Under the pieces are notes generated by a model. That model was not told where the DNA came from and ran no database searches. It saw only the letters and a program-made list of their open reading frames with translations. This document shows, piece after piece, positions 27,901 to 38,300 of a stretch of DNA of 64,000 nt (position 1 is its first letter; each line of letters opens with the position of its first letter). The stretch covers positions 1-64,000 of the forward strand of contig CAXHJY010000281.1 in the NCBI GenBank assembly GCA_964016885.1. The letters run 5' to 3'. The position numbers and the translations under genes were made by a program. The stretch is from Eledone cirrhosa. Its lineage: Eukaryota.

Positions 27901-30900
27901 TGTGAGGTAACTGCTGGAGAAAGCTTTTGACAGAGCTCCCTGTTCCATAATCTGGTGGGCCCTGAGAAAACTAGGGGTAGATGAATGGCTTGTGAAGGCA
28001 GTACAAGCAATGTTTAGAGAAGCAGTCTGAAAGGTTAGAATTAACAATGACTATAGGTGATGTTTTAGAAAGGAGTAACTATAGAGGAATAAAGCTAAAT
28101 GAACTGTTACAAAAGTGATGGAAAGAGTCAAATTAGATGAGATGCAGCTTGGTTTCATGCCTGGGAAAAATACTACAGATGCCTTTTTAGAGAAGTTCCT
28201 TGCCAAGATAAGCTGCTATATTTAGTGAGGAATTCAAGGTACTGGTAGAAGTTCATCAGGGTTCGGTTCTTAGACCACTGTTATTCATCATAATTCTCCA
28301 GGTCATAACAGAGGAGTTTAAGACTGACTGCCCATGGGAACTTTTCTATGCAGATGATCTGGTTCTTATAGAATAAGTTCTGGCTATGAACAGAATTTGG
28401 AATCAAGATGTCTGAGAGTAAAACTAAACTGCTAATAAGTAGGAAAGAAGATAGGACCCTGATTCACTCAGGGAAGTGACCCTGCTCAATATGTGAAGAG
28501 GTGCCAGGAGATCTCAGTGGAAGGTAGCCACAGTAGAGGAAGTCCTGAACAGAGGTAGTGAGAACTGATCTCAAATTGCTGAGACTCGCAGAGGAGATGA
28601 TGAAGGAATGTGGTGAGTGGGGAGATGCTGTGCTGAAAAGGATTCATCCAACCCATGCAAGAGTGGAAAAACAGACGGAAAAACGTTGATGATATAGTGA
28701 AGAATTTAGCATCCTAGTAGGAATCCATCAGGGCTCAGTTCTTAGCCCTCTCCTTTTTATTATCGTCCTGCAGGCTATAACAGGAGTTTAAGACTCACTG
28801 TCCTTGGAAACTCATGTATGATCTAACTCCTGTAACTTAATCTATGGCAGAATTAGAGAAGAAATTCTAAACCTGGAAGCATGGCCTAGAATCAAAAGGT
28901 CTTAAAAGACTAAAAGACTTAGTAATTAGAAAGGAAAACAGGGTTCAGATCTCCTCAGGGAAATGACCTTGCTCAGTGTGCAGGAAAGGAGTAGGTTTTA
29001 CATATGGTCATTGCACAGGAGCAGTAAGCAGCAAGTGCTACAGGAAATAACAAGCTCTATAAAATTCTTAGAGGGTTTCATAGAAGTAGTTGATAGCTTC
29101 TGTTAGCTCTGTAAGAAAATTAGCAGTGTAGGTGGGTGCTCCTAAAGTGCAGTAGCCAGAGTCAGAACCAAATGGAAAAAGTTGAGGGAGCTGCTACTGC
29201 TGCTAGCTACAAAAGTGTTTTCCCACAATATGAAAGCAGATTGCATGAAGCTTGTGTATGAACAACAATACTGCAGGGAAGTGAGACCTGGGCAATATGT
29301 GCAGAGGACCTCAAAGATTGGAAAGAAATGAAGCTCGCATGTTCCGATGGATGTGTAATAGTAGTGTGCGTGAACGACAAAGCGTCAATGAACTGAGAGA
29401 AACTGGACATAAACGGGGTTAGATGCAGTGTGCAAGAGAAGAGATTGCAATGGTATGGACATGTGATGCACATGGAGGAAGCTGTATTAAAAGGTGGGCA
29501 CTCAAAGTTGATGGAAGTTATGGGAAGAGGAAGTCCTAGGAAAGCTTGGAATGAAGTGATAAAAGCTGACCTTGTATAATTAAACCTCTCAAAAGAGATG
29601 GTATAGTATCGAGATCTCTGGCGTTATGCTATACTGCAGAAGACCCGCCCTCACATGTGCACAGGATAAAGCAAACATAGAAGACCTAGTCTGAATCAAT
29701 CTTCTGTTCTTTACTCCTTACCAGTCTTAACACACCCACTATCTAAATAATCCATGCACGTCACCCATGTTGAACCTGTGTACTTGATTCTTCCATTCCA
29801 ACCCCCAGGTGCACCCCTTCAGCAAAAAAATAAATAAAACCACAATGTCCACCCCATGTTGTGATCTGGACAACAACAAAGTACCCAGTGTATCATACCA
29901 GAAATGCGGTTGTGTTGGTGACAGGAAAAAGCACCCAGTCCACTTTGTTAGATAGTTGTTTGGGTGCCAAGATAAAAAGCACCCAATCCACACTGTTATG
30001 TGGTTGGCATTAGGAAGGGCATCCAGCCATAGAAACCAGATCTGTATGAGCGAGACATGGTCACCTGATCTGAATATTGTCTCATAATATGACAACCTGT
30101 CTAACCCGTGCAAGTATGGAAAATAGATGTTAAATAGTGATAATATTTGGTGTTTGTTGGGATATATACGTATGATGATATATGGGACCACCCAGACCAA
30201 TGTTGTAAATGTGGTGCTATCAGGAAGGGCATCTAACAGTCGTAAAAGTTAAGCCAAAATGCAGTCCCACTATGAACAAGGTACGTCGTAGCCAACTGGC
30301 CAAACTTGTCTCATAATGTGACCATCCCAGCTCCACGCTGTAAACGTGGATGGTGTTTAGGAAGGACATCCAGCAGCTGTAAAAACTTGGCCTCATTTTG
30401 AACAACTGGCCATCCTCCGTCATAATGAGACCACCCAGCTCCCAAAATATGGTTCTGCCATGAGTAGGGTATGACGTGGCCAACCAGCCAAACCCGCCTC
30501 ATAACAGGATCGCCCAGTTCTACACTGTAAATGTGATTGGTCTTAGGGAGGGTAACCAGCTGTAAGAAACCTAACCAAAATAGTTCCATTTGAGCAAGAT
30601 ACAGTGCGACCAATTGGCCAAACTTACCTCATAACATTGCTGACTCTTCTAACCCATGCAAGCGTGGAAAAACAAACGTTAAACAATGATGATGATATAT
30701 ATAAACATGAAATGATTTGGAGCATTGTGTGTGTAAATATTTCATAAAATTGTAGTGAACTTGAATGCTGAAATAGCTGTAAAAGAGTCTGGTTAAACAA
30801 AGCCCCTTAATGAATGGGAGTGCGATCAGTGAATTAAAGGAATAGAGTGTATAACATATGAAATATGGGAGAAAGAGAAAAGATGGAATGAAAGTGATAG

Positions 30901-32329
30901 AGCATATGATGTTGACATAAAGAAGTAAGAATGAAATAACAGTGGAGAAAAGCAAAGTTGAATAACATAAAAGAATGAACTATAGTGTTAAATACCTCAT
31001 CAGCTTCCTTCTAGCTACATGATTTTGATGCTATGGTTCTTTCTTTTATGTTATTCAACTTTGTATTAAATGTTTTTCATGTACTGATACAGCTGGTGCC
31101 TTGAACTTGCAAATACTGGCATAACTGTAAAAGCTGAGTTCTGGTTATCCTACTGGACAGATGTTACCAAAATATTCATATATGCTTCATGGTAAATGCA
31201 TCCAGAACTTGTAAGACAATAGAAAAGCCAACCTGCTATACAAACCATGCCAAAAGGGTCAGGAAGTTTTCAGTTGTATCAGACATAGCAATCTTCCAAG
31301 CATTGGTGATCAACACAGCACACTCTTGAAAAAGGTGATGGGAAAAGCATCCGGTCATAGAAAACCTTCCCAAACAAAGGATCGGGAAGACTCTTCAACT
31401 GTACCATGATAAAATCCACTCAGTTGAGCATGGGATTGAATGACATGCCCAGCTCACCTAGCAGTCAAAGGCTTTGCTTGAGTACTGACTTGGTCTGTAA
31501 CAACATGTCTGACCCTTGCTAGCATTAAAAACAAACATTAAACAATAAAGGTGTTGATATATTCACTTTACATTTTTCTTCACACTCAAGGGTCATGTGG
31601 GTACTGTTTATTCAGTGTATCTTGGGCAAATACAATCTGGCAGAGCCCATCTCTCCTCTCTGGGCTAATATAATGATAAAATTGTAGTACCATCGTGAAA
31701 GTAAACTGGCAACAACATGCAGCAATGTAGCTTCATTTGTTCCATGTCGTTATACGAACTGTTTGCTACATGGGGTTTCTTGATGTTTTCCTGCTACTGT
31801 GGTTTCTACTATTTCAGTGATGACATACATATTCAATACTCTGAAGATAAGTTGTTCACTTTGTAGTGCAGTTTTTGCGCTTTCAAAGTTGGGAACTTTA
31901 CTACATTGCTGTTTTTAGAGGCATTTGTCTGAGAAATAGTGCAGTCTTAGTTGCTTTTGGTCTATCTGTCTATCTTCAGACGGTTGTTGCAGTTTAGGCT
32001 TTGTTGTTATAGTTGTTCTTTTCTAAAGATTGTTTACATTGGTGTATATACATACGTAGATATCTTTAGAATGACATTCAGATGGAGAGGTAAGGAGATA
32101 GACATGTAGATATGTAGGTAAATAGACAGATATTGACAAATGTACAATTTTTATTGTAATTGTTTAGGATATCCCTCCCCATACACATAAATTTTTAATA
32201 TTTCAGTGTCTTTTGTGTCATTTGGCTGCTATTTTTAGCATTTCACAAAACACAACATTGTGTAATTTAAAATAGTCTTGGCTATATATATATATCATTA
32301 TCACCGTTTAACGTTCATTTTTCCACTAT

Positions 32330-32377
<48 letters not shown>

Positions 32378-35300
32378 CTGTTTCTACTTTTGGCACAAGG
32401 CCAACAATTAGTCAATACATTACTGGTATGTTATTTTATCGACCCCGTAAGGATGAAAGGCAAAGTTAACCTCGACAGGATTTGAACTCAGACCGTAATA
32501 GGACATGCTAGAAAGCATGACGTCCAACCCTCTACCGATACTGCCAAATTGCCGCCCTTTATATATATATATTTCTAGCAGATTGAGTGATGTAGATGAG
32601 ACTTGTTTGTCAGACCAGCTACTGATCAGATATTCTGGCTGTCACCATCACATTAATCATTTTTGTTTTTTGTTATTGTTTAGACATAGTGTATCTAGAA
32701 CAATAACATTATCCAACATCTTTCTTAGGTTCCTTTAAAATAGAGTAGGGTCTGATTTGGCTGATATTTCTTGCAATTCGAGCAATTTAAAAGCTCCCTT
32801 GTTCGTCAGCCGTTTTTATCATATTGTTTAATCACAGGTTAACCAATGTGTATATAATCATTATCATTGTTTTACGTCCATTTTTCCATGTTGATATGGG
32901 TTGGACGGGTCTTTTTCAGCACATCTCTCCACTTGTGGTCCTTCGTCATCTCCTTTCTGAGCTTCAGTGGTTTAAGATCAGCTCTCGCTAGCTCTGCTCA
33001 GGTCTTCCTTGGTTTCTCTCTACTGCAACATCTTTTCACTAGGATAAATATATATAAATGTAACTTGTGTTAGTTTATTTCTAGTAATGTAATGTTTCGA
33101 CTAAGAAATACCAAACTTGAAAAATAAGATAATTAAATGGCTAAATCCTTTTATGTTTGTGCTGCACTCTAATAAATCTAATCAATAAAAGACAACAGTA
33201 GAAAGATGGGTAGATCAAAGTGTATACAGATATATTACAGAACATAGCTCATATAGAGGAAGTGAGACATCTATGGAAAGAACCCATCTATGTTTTTATT
33301 TCACTCTTGTTTTACAATTTCTAGTTACATAAAGTGGTTTATTTATTCATCATCATCGTTTAACGTCCATTTTCCCATGCTAGCATGGGTTAGACGGGTT
33401 TTCCTGTTTGAGGTAAGTTGGGTCAGGTGACTGTCATACTCACACAGAACTGTTTCTGGCTTGGTTTCTATGGCTAGATGCCCTTCCTAACGCCAACCAC
33501 ATTTACAGTGTGTGCTGGGTGCTTTTTGTCGTGGCTCCTGCGTGACCACTTTACAATCTGTGCCACCTACATGACCACTTTACAATCTGTGCCACCTACA
33601 TGACCACTTTACAATCTGTGCCACCTACATGACCACTTTACAATCTGCGCCACCTACAGGACCACTTTATAGTGTGGGCTGGGTGCTTTTTGTTGTGACA
33701 CACCTACATGACCACTTTAAGATATATATGATGATGATGATATAAACACATATATTGTATATTTAAATTTTAAAAGAATTGAAAAAAACATTTAAAAACT
33801 TTTAAATATTTTTTTATGGAATTCTAAAAATTCGTTTATTTTTTTTTAATTTCAAAATTTTTTTTTAAATTCTAAATATTGATAATAATTTATAATTAAA
33901 CAAATTTTTTTCCAGATTTTAAATCTGATGTTCAAAACCAAAAAAATAATTTTGAATAATTTAGTGTTCAATATTTACATCAGTACTTGTAATATATTTT
34001 GCTTTCAGCACTTTTTCTTCCTAAAATGAGAAATATCCATAAAAATATATTATAATGTTTTCTTTTTGCTTATTTCACAGGTTGCGGATCAATTGTATCG
34101 GAATATTCGATGTATTAACGTTTGACAGTAATCAGGGACCCTTTGTCAGTCTCGTACCTCACTATCAGGTAAGATTCTCTTTTTCTCATCACTCCTGTTA
34201 TGTCCCTCATTCATTTTTATCTTTTACATTTGCATTGCCATACTGTCATGGGTTGGATGGATGTGAATCATTACCAAAGTCCAAGTCAAATTACTGTATT
34301 CCTAGATGTTTCAGAGGACCAGGTCTCACTTGTATTTATGTTTCAATTTTTTAACGTTTTCTATGGCTTGATACTCTTCCTGAGGCCAACCACTTTACAA
34401 AGTGCACTGAATGCATTTTATTGTGACACACCAACACTAGAGAGGTCATCTTATTCTCAACAAGACTAATGAACTCTCTCTTCCCTACACTGTCTAATAT
34501 ATTTTTTATTGAGCTCTTGAATATACTGGTTTTTACTTATTTTTGTACAACTTATTTGCAAGTATATATACAATAAATGAATGCAACATACTCAAAAGAT
34601 TAACAGTTTCATTACCATATTTCTAATGAAATGCACAGTATTTTATTTAATGAAGAATTTGTAAGGATTTGCATATGTTAGGTTTTAACGTAAATAGGAA
34701 TCCTTTAAAATGTGTGATTTTGATTCATGAACCTAAAGGTAGTTTTGGACGAGTTAGTATCATGACTTGAGATGTTCATTTTGCAATCATGAGATTTTTT
34801 TTGCAAGGCCTGCCTTTTCTTGGTATTTTTATTGCCGAATGAACAGTATTTAACCCTTTAGCATTTACATTACTCTATATATGCTATTATATTTTCACAG
34901 TACCAGTAATACACTGGGTAATTGCTGGCCTTGTGCCAAAAGTAGAAACAATTATATTTTCACAGTAAAGGCTTTATCTCACATAATATTGAATCTATGA
35001 GATTTTGATATTATTTATTTTGGGAACAATATTTTAACATTAGTATGAGTGGCTGGTTACAGCCAGTTTGAAAAGAAAGAGGCAAGAGAATTCTGGCTGG
35101 ATACTGTCAGTTTAAATGCTAAAGAATTAAGTCAATATCACCACAAACAGTTTCTATATCAATCTCTATTAGTACTGGATCCTCTGGTAATATTTCCTGT
35201 ACAATAACCATATCTTCTTCAGCAACAATCTGTTTGCCTTTTGGATTTAGTTACTATTTTCATAGGGTTGGTGCTATCTGTAGTACTTCTGGAGGCTTGG

Positions 35301-38300
35301 GTTTCGCAAGAGGTTGTCACCTCTGTGGGGTCAAAATTCTCACAGTCTATGATTTGGAAATCTTCATTAGAAATTTGCAGAATAAATTCTTTATGAACAT
35401 TAGAATTTGCTTTCTTAAAATCTATCTCAGACCAGAGAACTAGCCATCTTAGAACTCGCACGAGTAGCATGCCTAGTCCTTTTAGGAACCATTTTGACAG
35501 CAGGGTTGAGGCTAGCCTTCTTCAAAGTCATTTTGGAAATTACCCTGGCAGTATGCCCAGCCTGTTTGGAAGCCACTTTTGAATTGGGGCTAGTTTTTGT
35601 GGGTGTCACTTTGGGAGCTGGGTTAGTCTTTTATGTAATTTTGGTAGTACAGGTGGTCTGTCTAGGAGTCACTTTTGTTTTCTTGGCGATCCAAGTTATT
35701 TACCTTGCTGGTGCTGCTTCTAGCTAACGAGTTCACCTAAAGCTCTAAGGCAGAGGGGTAGAGGTGATATAATAGTATATTAAATATCAAATGATACATC
35801 ATCATCATCATATTTTAATGTCCATCTTCCACGCCAGCATGAGTTAGACAGTTTTGTTCCATTTGATGCGGGAATGGTCAGGAGACCATGGCTCACTTGT
35901 ACGGAAGCCTCTCTGGCAGGTTTTCTACAGCTGGATTCCCTTCCTAACACCAACCACATTTACACTGTGGACTGGGAGCCTTTTCACCGTGTCTCCTACA
36001 CAGCCACTACATATTGATTTATTTATTTATACATTGTATATATATTACTTATTATATATAAATGATTTTATTATAAAGAATTCAGTTTGAAGGCCACAGC
36101 TATGCACAATGGATGAAAACAAATAGTCATAAAAAACGAGGAGTGTTTATTATATATTATTGAGATGGTGGATTGGCAGTATTGGTAGAGGGTCTGACGC
36201 CATGCTTTGCAGCAAAGAGTTACGGCCCTTTATGATCTGAGTTCAAATCCTGCCGAGGTTAACTTTGCCTTTCATCCTAATGGGCTCGATAAAATAAAGC
36301 ACCAGTAATGTACTGGGATAATTGCTGCCCTTGTGCCAAAAGTAGAAACAATTGTATATTATTTACAATTTGTGTGTAGGCAGGTCTGTCGGGAAATATG
36401 GTTGGAGAGGCGCTGAAGGTATTAAATGGCAGTGACGGGGACTGGCCCAAAACGTTTGAGAACTTCTGATAATATTACTGAAAATAAGTTTCTGCTGAGA
36501 AGGTGATGTGCATCATCATCGTTTAACATCTGTTTCCTCTGCTAGCAAGGAATGGGAGAGTCATCGCTGACCAAGTCAATACTCAGGTGGAACTAAGGAT
36601 ATTTCAGATGAGTTTAGGGTTAGGGATGATGATTGTAAATGTGGTTGGTGTTAGGAAGGGCATCCAGCTGTAAAAATCCCAACCAATATACAGTTCCGTC
36701 TGAGCAAGGTACAGTGTGACCAACTGGCCAGGCTTGCCTCATGTCATGGACAACCCATCCAAACCATCGAAGCATAGAAAATGGATGTTAAAAGATGATG
36801 ATGATATATATATATATATATAGCTTGGAAGTGTCACTACGAAAGGCTACTAAATGAGGAAAATAAATGGGAGAAAGACAGTCTCCCCCACATCGATCCA
36901 ATAGAGGGACCATCAGTGTTAGTTGAAGGTAGTATAATAAGTAAGGCAATCAAAGATATGAAGACGGGTAAGGCGGCTGGGCCTTCGGAAATAGTTGCTG
37001 AAAGCTTCTGGAATGGTAGGACACACTATGGTCACCTGGATAGTAAACCAAGTCATACAGAATGGGGTTGTTCCGAAGGACAGGCGTAGCAGCAACATCA
37101 TTAACTGCTACAAGGGTAAAGGAGATGCCCTAGATAGGGGTAACTATAGAGGCATTAAATTAATCGACCAGGTCATGAAGGTCACAGAAAAAGTAATAGC
37201 GCAACTAATCAGAGAGAAAATTGATCTAGATGAAATGCAGTTCGGGTTTGTGTCAGGTAAAAGTACCACAGACGCTCTTTTCATTGTACGACAACTACAG
37301 GAGAAGTACCTAGCTAAAAGTAAACCCCTATACTTAGCTTTTGTCGACTTGGAGAAAGCCTTTGACAGAGTCCCCGTTCCATTATCTGGTGGGCTCTTAG
37401 AAAACTAGGTGTTGACGAATGGCTTGTGAGGGCTATACAAGCCATGTATAAAGAAACAGTGAGCAAGGTTAGAATTAACAACGAATATAGTGAAGAGTTT
37501 AGCGTAAAAGTTGGTGTCCATCAGGGCTCTGTTCTTAGCCCCCTACTATTTATTATTGCTCTTCAGGCTATAACAGAGGAGTTCAAGACCGGCTGCCCAT
37601 GGAAACTCCTATACGCAGATGACCTAACGCTCATAGCTGAATCAATGGCCGAGCTAGAGAAGAAATTCCAAACATGGAAGCACGGCCTAGAATCAAAAGG
37701 CCTTAAAATTAACCTGGCTAAGACTAAAGTTCTAGTTTGTAGGAAAGAAAATAAGGCGCCGGTCCCTTCCGGGAAATGGCCATGCTCAGTGTGTAGGAAA
37801 GGCGTAGGTAGAAACTCCATTTTGTGTCCCAAATGCAAAGTATGGGTGCATAAAAGATGTAGTGGGATCACAGGTAAGCTAACTAAGAACATAGATTTTA
37901 CATGTGGCCGGTGCTCTGGTGCAATAAGTAGCAGCAAGTGCCCACAGAATACTAGCTCATTCCATTGCACAGATGGTTCTATAGAAATAGTGGACACCTT
38001 CCGTTACTTGGGTGACAAAATCAGCAGTGGTGGAGGGTACTCTGAAAGTACAGTAGCTAGAGTCAGAACGGGATGGAAAAAGTTCAGAGAGCTTATACCA
38101 CTATTGGCCGCTAAAGGGTTCTCTCTAAAAATGAAAGGCAGGCTGTATGATGCCTGCATACGAACAGCAATGTTACATGGCAGTGAGACCTGGGCATTGT
38201 GTGCAGAGGATATATGCAGACTGGAGAGAAACGAAGGTGGCATGCTCCGCTGGATGTGTAATAGTAATATACGTGAACGGCAAAGCATAAACGAACTAAG

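Noticed and set aside
36164-36260. Possible tRNA genes (A/B boxes here and at 41060, 43560, 59212)
   Set aside because: No cloverleaf; they continue into shared SINE bodies and one copy has a TSD.
37897-37906. TTACATGTG in the RT coding region matching the satellite core
   Set aside because: A 9-nt match is expected by chance in this much sequence.
37563-38288. Antisense ORFs over the RT (also 1118-1492)
   Set aside because: These are shadow frames of the RTE coding strand with no independent protein signature.
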